Made by a program: the position numbers and the translations under genes. A DNA stretch of 64,000 bases from Cenarchaeum sp. (GTDB lineage: Archaea; Thermoproteota; Nitrososphaeria; Nitrososphaerales; Nitrosopumilaceae). Where the stretch lies: assembly GCA_965212015.1 (NCBI GenBank), contig OZ243037.1, positions 1,600,001 through 1,664,000 of the forward strand, written 5' to 3'. Below are positions 17,389 through 27,001 of this stretch, piece after piece (position 1 is the first letter of the stretch; every line of letters begins with the position of its first letter). Under the pieces are notes generated by a model, which was not told the origin of the DNA, did not search any database, and saw nothing but the letters and a program-made list of their open reading frames with translations.

Positions 17389-17443
17389 TTACACATCAGC
17401 TAAAAGCTTGTTTTATTTACGGATATTGAAAGTGCAAAATCCG

Positions 17444-18001
17444 TCACTGGGGCGGCTGCTCTGCGGGCTCTGCCTCGGCTTTGGCCGCCTCGTTCTTTTT
17501 TATCTCCTCTAGCAGCGCCTTTAGCGTGGAGCCGGGGGTGAGACTGACGTTTTTTTCCTCGCCTGCGTCTACCATGTATGACGGAATGGTGACGACACCG
17601 TCGCCGATCATTACATGTCCGTGCACTATTGCCTGCCTTGCCTGGTACGGCGTCTTGAATCCAAGGTTTCTCATCACTATTGTCTGCAGCCTTCTTGAGA
17701 GGAGGTCAGTCACCTGCAGGTTCAGGACGTCATCCAGCGTGGAGCTGTCCTCGACTAGGCCGATTCTTGAGAGCGACTTTATCAGGATCGGCTCCCTTTC
17801 CTGCCTTATCTCCTGTCCAAGGGCAAGCAGGGAGCGGGCCTGGTTTCTGACCCTTGATAGCTCCGTGTGGGCCTTCCACAGCTCCCTTTTGGTCTTTAAT
17901 CCAAACGTTCCGATGGTCTTTAGCTCCTCCATCTTTAGATCATAGTTGAATGGCCGCTTGGGCTTTCTCCAAACTCTTCGCGGTAGTTTTGTGTCTCCCA
18001 T
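17444..18001 (-). CDS. rps4: 30S ribosomal protein S4
   Basis: GLKTKRELW, RRLQT, ARQAIVHGH motifs. Confidence 0.96.
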   Translation of the reverse strand: MGDTKLPRRVWRKPKRPFNYDLKMEELKTIGTFGLKTKRELWKAHTELSRVRNQARSLLALGQEIRQEREPILIKSLSRIGLVEDSSTLDDVLNLQVTDLLSRRLQTIVMRNLGFKTPYQARQAIVHGHVMIGDGVVTIPSYMVDAGEEKNVSLTPGSTLKALLEEIKKNEAAKAEAEPAEQPPQ

Positions 18002-18010
18002 CTGCCTCGC

Positions 18011-18580
18011 CTATTTCTTCTCTGACGGCTCTTTTTTCTCTGCCGGCTTGGCCTCTGCTGCCGCCTCTACAGGCGCATCCGTGCTTGCGGCCTCTGCAGG
18101 CGCACCTGCTCCGCCCTTTGCCGGCATTACCTTTCCGCCCTTTGCCACGCCGACTGCTCCTCCCTTTCTGCCAGTCGTCCTGGTCCTCTGTCCCCGGACC
18201 TTTAGTCCGAACATGTGGCGATGGCCCCTCCAGCTTCCGGCAATCCTCTCGCGCTCGATGTCGTTTCTGACGGTAAACTCTATATCTGATGTAAGAATGT
18301 GCTTGTCCTCGCCGGTCTCTGTGTCCTTTCTCCTGTTGAAGAACCATGCGGGAAAATTCGAGTCAGACGGGTTTTGAAGAATCTGCTCGATTGATTTTAC
18401 CTGCTGTTCTGAAAGATATCCGATATTCGTATTGGTGTCAATCTTTAGCGTGTCGAGAATCGCGGTGGCAAAGTTGTACCCGATGCCCCTGATCTGCGTT
18501 AGGCCGATTAGTATTTTCCTGTCCCCCAGTATGTCGTTTCCAATTATCCTGACTATGTGTCTGTATTCCTGGGCGCTCAA
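18011..18580 (-). CDS. rps13: 30S ribosomal protein S13
   Basis: [14 protein letters not shown] motif; Ala/Glu/Lys-rich tail. Confidence 0.96.
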   Translation of the reverse strand: MSAQEYRHIVRIIGNDILGDRKILIGLTQIRGIGYNFATAILDTLKIDTNTNIGYLSEQQVKSIEQILQNPSDSNFPAWFFNRRKDTETGEDKHILTSDIEFTVRNDIERERIAGSWRGHRHMFGLKVRGQRTRTTGRKGGAVGVAKGGKVMPAKGGAGAPAEAASTDAPVEAAAEAKPAEKKEPSEKK

Positions 18581-19160
18581 GTACGCACCGTTCTTTGCAC
18601 CCTAGATAAAAACCATGCTGGAATTGGTCTGGGCGGGATTCCCCGGATTCAAAATCATGGCCAAAAACAATTCGGCAAAACCCCGTCATCGGACTGTAGG
18701 CGGGTTTTCCCGGAATGCCAGAAACGGGTATCGTGCAGTGCCGCGCCCCCAGACGTGCGATGCCCTTCTCTGATCCCCGCGGGCCGGCCCAGAGTTTTTC
18801 AGTCCGGTATGAGGCTGCCACGGATACCGGTAAACGCCTGAATCGTGCCGGATATTGGCATGCGGCCATCTGGCGGGCCTGCGTGCAAATGCACGAGCCG
18901 CCAATACCCGGAATATTCTGGCATGGCAGTATGCGGGAATCTGCGGGGCCGGGATTGCCAATAGTATAATGCCCGCCGGGCCGGTCCGCACCGCCCGGGC
19001 TGCTGCCAAAAGGCGGATTTGCGCGTGCCGGCTGATATGGGTGTAGCGGCCAGAATCGGCGCACCGCAGCCGTTAGGGCAGTCTCGGGCCGCGCAGGCCC
19101 GGTGCCAATACGCCGCAAACCGCCCGACCGGAAAAGTTTTTAGCAAAAAGCATAGGCGGT

Positions 19161-19466
19161 ATGACGATGGCCGACTCTGCTGAGCGAGAAAAAGTAATCG
19201 AGTGCATATTTGATCCAGATGTATCCTCCATTCTCGCCGAGCTCGAAGACGGTGCAAAAGACGCAGCCTATCTTTCAGACAAGCTGGGAATCGACCCAGG
19301 CGAGATCAGAGACCGGCTCTCGTATCTGTTAGAGTGCGGCTATGTCGCCGAATCCGGTTCCGTTTATTCTGCGGACGCAGAAAAGCTTGCCAAAGTAATG
19401 GAGCACGACGAGAACTTTCAGTCGGCCATAGACGGCATGACAAAGCTGGACGGATTCCTAAACTAG
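19161..19466 (+). CDS. Small winged-helix (ArsR-like) protein
   Basis: ILAELEDG..LSDKLGI..EIRDRLSYL pattern. Confidence 0.65.
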   Translation: MTMADSAEREKVIECIFDPDVSSILAELEDGAKDAAYLSDKLGIDPGEIRDRLSYLLECGYVAESGSVYSADAEKLAKVMEHDENFQSAIDGMTKLDGFLN

Positions 19467-19954
19467 GTGCGCCTGCTTTTGACGGCATAAATTCCCACGA
19501 CACCCATCCCGACTAGTCCTATGATCAAAATGTAAAACCCCGCTGCGCCCACCAGGATTTTTCCCGTCCCCGGGGCGTGGCCTAGGGCGCCGGCCACATA
19601 CGTGTCCTCGCCGGAGTTTTCTATTGCCAGCGTAAACTCTCCGGCTGCTGACACCTCAAAGCTCTCCTCAAGGGAGCCCTCTACTATCTTTCCTGCGGCA
19701 ACCTGCCTGCCGGCGGGATCCCTTACCGTGGCAGAAACCGTGTCCTTTGGCGGCATTACCTGGACTGCAAATATTCCCTCTGCGCTTATCTTGGGATCAA
19801 GTGCTGCTACGATGGTCATCTCCTCGCCGCCCCCGATGTCTTTTGTATCCTGGACAAATCCCTCGATGATTACCATGGATCCGTAAAACGACAGCGCGAT
19901 TCCCGCTGCAATGAGGCCCCCCACGACGGCTAGCATCACGACTGGTTTTTGCAT
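19463..19954 (-). CDS. Membrane protein with N- and C-terminal TM helices
   Basis: Hydrophobic termini flanking a beta-rich domain. Confidence 0.7.
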   Translation of the reverse strand: MQKPVVMLAVVGGLIAAGIALSFYGSMVIIEGFVQDTKDIGGGEEMTIVAALDPKISAEGIFAVQVMPPKDTVSATVRDPAGRQVAAGKIVEGSLEESFEVSAAGEFTLAIENSGEDTYVAGALGHAPGTGKILVGAAGFYILIIGLVGMGVVGIYAVKSRRT

Positions 19955-20007
19955 ACCGTACGGGGGCCCTCGGGGCTAGTTAAATCCTTTCGGGGCGTCC
20001 CTGTAAA

Positions 20008-20066
20008 TTTAATACGTATTAAAAAAGTTAGTTTGAGGCAAAAAAGTTAACCCATATTAAATTTTA
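20008..20066 (+). promoter_or_regulatory. Palindrome plus tandem DtxR/MntR-like boxes upstream of the MCO-ZIP operon
   Basis: Perfect 16-bp TTTAATACGTATTAAA (20008-20023), then AAAAAAGTTA twice (20021, 20040), the second in AAAGTTAACCCATATTAAATTT. Confidence 0.5.
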
Positions 20067-20091
20067 AATATGCTGTCTATTACGTCATCAT

Positions 20092-21144
20092 GTGCTTGAT
20101 TCGCGCTCAATGATGATATTTGCAGTATTGCTGCTCGGCATGGCAGGCTCGCTCTACCTGCTCCTGCCGGAGCTTACAAGCGCCCAGCAGGAGGAAAAGA
20201 CGTTTCTGACCCATTCTGGCGGGATTGTGAGGACCACGGGCGAGATTCTCGATCCGCTGTACGCGCAAAGCACGGTGGAGTTTGATCCCATGGAGTATCT
20301 CCGGGATTTCAGCTATGGAAAGGTGACGCAGCTTCCGGACGGCACGGCGCTGCGCGAGTTTACCATCGTGGCTGCCGACGACCAGATAATGGAGGTGGCG
20401 CCGGACGTCTTTTACAACGTGTGGACCTTCAACGGGACGGTTCCCGGGCCGACGATACGCGCAACGCAGGGGGATCTCGTCCGGATCAACTTTATCAACA
20501 ACGGAACCAAGGAGCACACCATGCATTTTCACGGAATACACGAGTCGCATTTTGACGGGGTCTTCGAGCCCGTCGGGCCCGGCGGCAGGTTCACCTACGA
20601 ATGGAGGGCAGAACCCGTGGGGGTGCACCCGTACCACTGCCATGTCATGCCGCTAGAAGAGCACATTGTGCACGGGCTTTACGGCGTGTACATTGTGGAT
20701 CCAAAGGAAAAAAGGCCGCCTGCCGACGAGATGGTGATGGTACTCAACGGCCTGGATACCGACTTTGACGGGGAGAACAACTTTTATGCGGCAAACACCG
20801 TCCCGTTTTACTACCACCACCATCCGATCCAAATCGACACGGGGGATCTGATACGAATCTACGTGGTCAACATGCTAGAGTTTGATCCGATAAACAACTT
20901 TCATTTGCACGGAAACCTGTACCACTATTACCCGACTGGCACTGACACGGTTCCCTCGTTTTACACCGACATGCTGACGCTGTCGCAGACTGAGCGGGGC
21001 ATAATGGAGTTCACATACGACTATCCTGGCAGGTACCTGTTTCACGCACACAAGGTAGAGTTTTCAGAAAAAGGGTGGACCGGATTGTTTTTGGTGGGCG
21101 GCGAGCCGCTTGCAGAGACTATAGGGCAGATAGACTATGGCTAG
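20092..21144 (+). CDS. Two-domain multicopper oxidase (T1 site in domain 1 only)
   Basis: HTMHFHG, YHCH-x7-HIVHGL, FHLHG, FHAH; N-terminal TM/signal. Confidence 0.9.
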   Translation: MLDSRSMMIFAVLLLGMAGSLYLLLPELTSAQQEEKTFLTHSGGIVRTTGEILDPLYAQSTVEFDPMEYLRDFSYGKVTQLPDGTALREFTIVAADDQIMEVAPDVFYNVWTFNGTVPGPTIRATQGDLVRINFINNGTKEHTMHFHGIHESHFDGVFEPVGPGGRFTYEWRAEPVGVHPYHCHVMPLEEHIVHGLYGVYIVDPKEKRPPADEMVMVLNGLDTDFDGENNFYAANTVPFYYHHHPIQIDTGDLIRIYVVNMLEFDPINNFHLHGNLYHYYPTGTDTVPSFYTDMLTLSQTERGIMEFTYDYPGRYLFHAHKVEFSEKGWTGLFLVGGEPLAETIGQIDYG

Positions 21145-22297
21145 CCTCGAATCTGCGCGGGTTTTTGCAAGCGGACTAGTCCCGCTTTTGTTTCTTGTGC
21201 TGGTAATGGCGTACATTCTCGGCCCCGGCTCGGATCTGCTGGACTTGGGCGTGCCGCTGCCTGAGCTAAGCATTGAAAGGGTCGATTTCATCGACTCGGA
21301 GATCCGCGCCACCGTAAGAAACACCGGCCCCATACCGCTACAGGTGGTGATAGCCGACGTCAATGACAGGATACAGCCTGCAGCAGTAGAGCCTGACGGG
21401 TTTTTGGAGCGCTATGAGACTGCCCTGGTCAGGATACCGTTTGAGTGGAACACGGCAGAGCCGTACACGATTGGCGTCACGGTGGGCGACGGGACCCGGT
21501 TTGAGAAAAGAATAGACGCCGCAGCACCGGCACTTGCGCCCACCCTTGAGCTTGTGGGATTCTTTGCGGTAATTGGCACGTACGTGGGGATTATCCCCGT
21601 CACGATAGGCCTGCTGTGGCTGCCGTTTATCAGGAGGATAGGCAGGGCCAAATACCACTTTTTTCTGGCGCTCACCGCCGGCCTTTTGCTGTTTCTGGGA
21701 GTCGACTCGCTTGAGGAGGCACTAGATGTATCCGAGGAAGGCCTTGCCGCCAGCTTTAATGGCGCGCTGCTCGTGGTGACCGTGGCGGTGCTGTCGTTTC
21801 TCGCACTGCACTATTCGGGGGCGGCGATAATGAAAAGGGCGGGACACTCAGGCGTCAGGCCCGTCATGATGGGACTGATGATCTCAATAGGCATAGGACT
21901 GCACAACTTTGGCGAGGGCCTTGCCATCGGCGCCGCACTCGGACTGGGCTCTGTCGCCTTTGGAAGCTTTCTTGTGGTGGGCTTTGCTTTACACAACACC
22001 ACCGAGGGAATCGCAATCGCAGCGCCAATGTCCCGGGGAAAGACAATGCTCAAAAAGCTGGCCCTGATGGGGCTGATTGCGGGATCCCCCACCATCCTTG
22101 GCGCGTGGACCGGCGGGTTTGCCTATTCCCCGTTTGCCGCAGTGGTGTTTCTGTCCGTCGGGGCCGGCGCCATATTTCAGATAATTATGATATTGCTGCG
22201 GTGGATACGAGAAGAGACCGGACTTTCAAGTGCGCCGGTAATTGCGGGATTTGCCGCCGGAATGCTGATAATGTACGCCACCAGCATACTGGTATAG
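21137..22297 (+). CDS. ZIP family metal transporter with extracellular N-terminal domain
   Basis: IGLHNFGEGLAIG and LHNTTEG motifs. Confidence 0.9.
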   Translation: MASLESARVFASGLVPLLFLVLVMAYILGPGSDLLDLGVPLPELSIERVDFIDSEIRATVRNTGPIPLQVVIADVNDRIQPAAVEPDGFLERYETALVRIPFEWNTAEPYTIGVTVGDGTRFEKRIDAAAPALAPTLELVGFFAVIGTYVGIIPVTIGLLWLPFIRRIGRAKYHFFLALTAGLLLFLGVDSLEEALDVSEEGLAASFNGALLVVTVAVLSFLALHYSGAAIMKRAGHSGVRPVMMGLMISIGIGLHNFGEGLAIGAALGLGSVAFGSFLVVGFALHNTTEGIAIAAPMSRGKTMLKKLALMGLIAGSPTILGAWTGGFAYSPFAAVVFLSVGAGAIFQIIMILLRWIREETGLSSAPVIAGFAAGMLIMYATSILV

Positions 22298-22301
22298 TAG
22301 G

Positions 22302-23660
22302 TCATATCGGCTCTGGATGTATCGTAATTACCGCGTTTTTGAAATTACCGCGTATCTTGCGCTCGATCTCGGTGGTCAGGTCGTGGACGTTCTCTATCGG
22401 GAGGCTCTTCTCAAAGGAGCAGTCAATGTCGATTTTTACAACGTCCTTAAAGTTAAACGTCACAATCCTTCCTATTTTTTTGATCTCCCGGTATTCGCTG
22501 ATCAGCTGCCTTATCTCGTCCTCTGTTTTTTTCCCCACCATCTCCAGCGTGTGGGGAACCGCAATGTACGGCTCTAGGTGTATGGTGACGTGCTCAATGT
22601 CCTCAAGGCTGACCCGTATCTGCTCCTCGATTCTCTCGGAGATTTTGTGCGCCTCCTCGAGGTTGATCTTTCCGTCGACCATCACGTGGAGGCTGACGTA
22701 CGGCCTTCCCTCCGAGCGGTAGGAGCTGATATTGTGCACCTCCTTTACCCCGTCGACTCTGGAGGCAATCTCGCCTATCCTGGGGTCGATGGGAACCTTG
22801 TCCCACGTGGGCTCAAAGTGAATCGTGACTGCCGAGTTTTCGATGACGCCCCTGATGTTGTCCTCCACCTTGCTGCTTATCTCGTGCGCCCCCTCAAAGC
22901 TGGTGTCTGCCCTCAGCGACACGGTAACGTCGGCAAACACCACGTCACCGGACTTTCTCATCAGTACGGGCCCGACGCCGACTACCCCCTGCGTGCCGGC
23001 CACTATTCCCCTGACTCTTGCCACCATCTCCGGCGATATGGTGTCTGTCAGATCCATTGCAGAGTTGTAGATCAGCTTTGTGCTCAGGGCGGCAAGCAGG
23101 ACTCCCAGTATGAGGGCGGCTGCAAAGTCGCCATAGTAAAACCCGTATGACACTATGACTATGCCCGCTATTGCAACCATGGTGGAGCCCAGATCCATGA
23201 GTGCGTGATAAAAGTCGGCCTTTAGCGTGGCGCCGCCCACCCTGGATATTGATCTCCGCAGGATGACTATCCTGAACATGTCTGCCCCGATGGTGTATAT
23301 GCCTGCTATTACGGCAAACAGCCCCGGCAGTATGTCCGGAGGGGGTTTTTGGGCGCGGCTCAGCGACTCGATTATGAAAAACACCGCTATTAGCAGGATT
23401 GCTATCCCGCCTATCAGGCCCCCGAGGGACTCTATCTTTCCGTGGCCGTAGGTGTGCTCTGCGTCTGGCGGCTTGAGGGCCATCCTTGCGGCAAGAAGCA
23501 GCACTATGGTGACTATGGCGTCTAGTAGCGCGTGTATGCTGTCAGTTATCAGCGCCAAACTGTTTGAGAACAGGCCGAATGCCAGCTCTACTACAAACGC
23601 AGAAAGAATGGCTACTAGCGACAGCTTTAGGACCCTGGTTCTCTGGACGAATGCCGACAT
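22302..23660 (-). CDS. Cation diffusion facilitator (CDF) transporter with triplicated C-terminal dimerisation domain
   Basis: SLALITDSIHALLD, HTYGHGKIESL; three xTIHxEP repeats. Confidence 0.92.
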   Translation of the reverse strand: MSAFVQRTRVLKLSLVAILSAFVVELAFGLFSNSLALITDSIHALLDAIVTIVLLLAARMALKPPDAEHTYGHGKIESLGGLIGGIAILLIAVFFIIESLSRAQKPPPDILPGLFAVIAGIYTIGADMFRIVILRRSISRVGGATLKADFYHALMDLGSTMVAIAGIVIVSYGFYYGDFAAALILGVLLAALSTKLIYNSAMDLTDTISPEMVARVRGIVAGTQGVVGVGPVLMRKSGDVVFADVTVSLRADTSFEGAHEISSKVEDNIRGVIENSAVTIHFEPTWDKVPIDPRIGEIASRVDGVKEVHNISSYRSEGRPYVSLHVMVDGKINLEEAHKISERIEEQIRVSLEDIEHVTIHLEPYIAVPHTLEMVGKKTEDEIRQLISEYREIKKIGRIVTFNFKDVVKIDIDCSFEKSLPIENVHDLTTEIERKIRGNFKNAVITIHPEPI

Positions 23661-23729
23661 TTCTGCTATCCAACCCGGCGGGGAATGCTATAACTATTGT
23701 TGATTTAGTATGAATTATGCGACAACTAT

Positions 23730-26700
23730 TTGTGTGTGGGGGCGGCAAGCTTGGATGTGCGGCTGGCAGCAATACTGGTTATTCTGACGGTTCCGCTTTT
23801 TATCGGCAGTGCCAGTGCGGCAAACACAAACCTGTTCGTCTCAGCAGAGAATTCTAGATTTGATGATCATTTTGCAGGCTCGATGATAGTCGAGGTAATA
23901 GTGCGCGATCCCGACATAAGCGGCGTTGGCAGTCCCATCGGCGAGCCAAACGTGACCATAAACGGAAACGATCTCCGCATGGTACAGGCCACCGACGGGG
24001 CGTGGTATGCGTATTTTGCACACATCGACGGGGCGCAGGCAGCCGATCAGGCGGTGGCCGATGCGGGGGCGCAAGGCGACAGCCTGGACTTTGGCGTCTT
24101 TTGCGGGGCCGACACGGATGTGGCAGTGCTGGGGGCAGACTTTACTGACTCGCAGGGCGTGGCAGTTCCGAGAACCGGCGAGCTGGAAGGCTTTGCAAAC
24201 GGCGATGCCGCCCTTGGGGCGTGCACCGGCAATGCCACGTCCACCCAGGTGATAAACGGCGTGCTAAGGCAGCCAAAACAGATAAACGAAAACCCGCGCA
24301 TTGCAACAGGACAGATAGGCCTTGACGCAGATGTCTGGCCGATAATACAGCTGTTCTCCTTTGGCAACGTGGAGATAAAGTACGACAGGGCAGGCGGCAG
24401 CCAGCAGGTAAATCTGGAATATTCCGAGATTCCAAACATTACACTCGAGCTTGACAGGGAGCAGTATCCGCCCGGCGCCGAGGTGTTTGTGACCATCTTT
24501 GATGCGCAGCTAAACCAGGATCCCACCGACGAGGACTCGTGGACCTTTGATGTGGGCTCGCAGGCCGTATTTTACAACGCCTTTACAGAGTCCGGCGCCG
24601 ATGCGGGAAACGGCGGCACGGGGCTGGTAAACCTGAACCCGCACCTCTCGTCGATTGGCTTTGAGGACAACGGGCGGGTCTCAATCGATCTGGGATCCGT
24701 CCTGGAGCTGAGGACAAACAGGCACCAGCCGGAATCCTCAGTCACCGACGGCAGTACGGCATACCGGCAGATTGTGACTTTTGTCGAGACCCGGTCAAAC
24801 TCTGGCGAGTTTCGAAGCTATGACACGGCCTCTGTGTCTGTAATCGGAATGCTGTCCGATGCGCCGAGGGGCATGGCCGGCTCCATCCGGTACAACGACG
24901 GCACGCAGTCCATATTTTCTGGCGTCTCTAGTGCGTCATTCCTGCCGGATTCTGGCGTGCCCGCCCCGGGAAAAAGGATTCCAGTCACAATAACGGATGA
25001 CGATCAGAACGTCAACTCTGCAAGAAGGGACAGCCTGGACGTCTTTAGGGCGTCTGCGATAATCCCGATTTTGAGTCTGGGGGCCCCCCTGACTTTACAG
25101 GACGCCTCTGATGTCCGGTTCTACGAGTCCTCCGGCGAGTGGACATCTGTTGCCTCCCGCGTGCTGCCGGATTTTTCTGGCAGGCTGGCAATAGACTCTG
25201 CGTCAGTTTCTGGCTTGGATTTTGAAACAATCACCATTGATGCCGGGTATACTGCCGGCATGCTGCGCTCGCTTTTTGTCGATTCGGGCGGCACGAGTGC
25301 GGGCACCAACTGGATAAACTATGACCTGCGCTCTATCCGGAATCTGGGGGTGGATTTCTCAGACGCCTCGATATCGCTGGCCTTCGGAGCTGCAGATGAT
25401 TCACCGATAGAGGTCGCCCGAATTGCATCGTCGCAGGGCTTTCTGGCCATTGACGATGCAGTTGTGGACTCTGTCGGATTACAGTCCGGCGGCGTCCATA
25501 TTGTGATAGACCTTGACGCATCAGGCGACTCGCAGGTGGTGGGCAGGACCGGCGGCGATGCGGGTCTGATGCCGGTGATAGTCGACTTTTTCTCCTTTGG
25601 AATAGAGGGCCCGCGCGAGGTCAACAATGCCATATACCGCTTTGAGCTAGAAGAGACGCAGCGCAATTCCGGCGTCTTTGCCGGCTCTGTAGAGTATGTG
25701 GTCGCAAACCAGCTCAACATTGCCGATCCCGGTTTCATCTCCACGCTGGATACCATCGGTGATGACATACGGCTAATAGTCGCCGGCGAGCGCCTAGACG
25801 AGGACGCGCTGGTGATATCGTACGCCGACCTGGACGTCGCATCGGTGTCAGAAAAGCGCTCAGAAAAGCACGACGTCAGGACGCACACCGGAAAGGTGTC
25901 TACTGATGCCGCAAGCTATGGCTTTGGCAGGCCCGTCACCATAATACTTGATGATCCAGACTTGAACCTGGACTATCAGACAATAGAGACGTACCGCGTG
26001 ATTAACAACCCGAACCTGCCCGGAGTCGACACGGTGGGAAACGACGACGGAAGCATACTGCTTGAGGTGTCCATCAAGGGCTTTAGGTACATGCGCTGTA
26101 TGATAGACGGCGTGGCGCACGGGGGGCTGGCGGCTACCGGCTTTACAATGTCCGAGACCGGGACTGACACGGGAATCTTTGAGGGCGTCTTTAAGATGCC
26201 GTCGCAGATATGCAGCGAGGACGGAACAGGGCTGGTCTCACCTGCGGGCGGGAGCATTGATGTGAGGTATTATGACTTTAGGGACTCGTCTGGAAACACA
26301 AACATCTCCAAGCTGTCAAGCCCCAAAAATGCCCAGTCCACCGTAAGGCTAAACGCCTACGAGTTTTCCATTCCGAAATACAACGGGTCAGTCGAAATAA
26401 TCCTGTCCGGCGAGCTGAGCAGGCACAGCAGGGGGATTCCGGTGTCCGTCATACTGTATGATCCGCTTGGCGCATCTGACACGTTTGGAGTGCTTCCTAC
26501 CGGCAGCGGGGCATACAGCATGCCGATAATCCTGCACCACGATTCGCCTGTAGGAACATACCTGATAGACATAATGTACGACGGCGAGCACGCAGGCTCT
26601 GCCTCCTTTGTGCTGTCCCCGAGGCCGGAGCCGCCGGCAGATCCTGTCCGGCAGCAGGAGGTCGCCCCGCCAAAGGCCCTGCCTGAAACCCCCGGTGAGC

Positions 26701-26939
26701 CCGTAATGGGGAACAATACGAAATGGCGGGACGGTGATGCCATGACGGACTCTGAGCTTTTGGACGGAATCGGGCAGCTAATCGACGAAAAACCCGCCGA
26801 AATGTGGCAGTACAATTCAACCGGGCTGCCCGACTGGGTAAAATCCGGAGCAGAATGGTGGGGTGAGGGCCTGATTACCGATGACGAGTTTGCCGCGATA
26901 CTGCAATTTTTGGTCAAAAAAGGTATAATTCAGGTATGA
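23730..26939 (+). CDS. Large secreted thaumarchaeal surface (S-layer-like) protein
   Basis: Signal peptide, repeated D(P/A)DxN and ETxxxxGxF motifs, C-terminal PDWVK..AEWW..G.I.DDEF...LQFLVKKGII domain. Confidence 0.75.
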   Translation: MCVGAASLDVRLAAILVILTVPLFIGSASAANTNLFVSAENSRFDDHFAGSMIVEVIVRDPDISGVGSPIGEPNVTINGNDLRMVQATDGAWYAYFAHIDGAQAADQAVADAGAQGDSLDFGVFCGADTDVAVLGADFTDSQGVAVPRTGELEGFANGDAALGACTGNATSTQVINGVLRQPKQINENPRIATGQIGLDADVWPIIQLFSFGNVEIKYDRAGGSQQVNLEYSEIPNITLELDREQYPPGAEVFVTIFDAQLNQDPTDEDSWTFDVGSQAVFYNAFTESGADAGNGGTGLVNLNPHLSSIGFEDNGRVSIDLGSVLELRTNRHQPESSVTDGSTAYRQIVTFVETRSNSGEFRSYDTASVSVIGMLSDAPRGMAGSIRYNDGTQSIFSGVSSASFLPDSGVPAPGKRIPVTITDDDQNVNSARRDSLDVFRASAIIPILSLGAPLTLQDASDVRFYESSGEWTSVASRVLPDFSGRLAIDSASVSGLDFETITIDAGYTAGMLRSLFVDSGGTSAGTNWINYDLRSIRNLGVDFSDASISLAFGAADDSPIEVARIASSQGFLAIDDAVVDSVGLQSGGVHIVIDLDASGDSQVVGRTGGDAGLMPVIVDFFSFGIEGPREVNNAIYRFELEETQRNSGVFAGSVEYVVANQLNIADPGFISTLDTIGDDIRLIVAGERLDEDALVISYADLDVASVSEKRSEKHDVRTHTGKVSTDAASYGFGRPVTIILDDPDLNLDYQTIETYRVINNPNLPGVDTVGNDDGSILLEVSIKGFRYMRCMIDGVAHGGLAATGFTMSETGTDTGIFEGVFKMPSQICSEDGTGLVSPAGGSIDVRYYDFRDSSGNTNISKLSSPKNAQSTVRLNAYEFSIPKYNGSVEIILSGELSRHSRGIPVSVILYDPLGASDTFGVLPTGSGAYSMPIILHHDSPVGTYLIDIMYDGEHAGSASFVLSPRPEPPADPVRQQEVAPPKALPETPGEPVMGNNTKWRDGDAMTDSELLDGIGQLIDEKPAEMWQYNSTGLPDWVKSGAEWWGEGLITDDEFAAILQFLVKKGIIQV

Positions 26940-27001
26940 TAAAGTCAATTTTTCTTTCACTTAATACATAAATACCTTAAACCAGTCGTAAATTCTAACG
27001 A

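Noticed and set aside
18438-19257. Overlapping ORFs, or SRP/RNase P RNA, in the GC-rich spacer
   Set aside because: ORFs are Arg/Pro/Ala-rich frame noise; SRP helix-8 and RNase P GAGGAAAGUCC signatures not seen
20092-21144. NirK annotation
   Set aside because: HxH pairs in both domains indicate a trinuclear-cluster MCO rather than nitrite reductase
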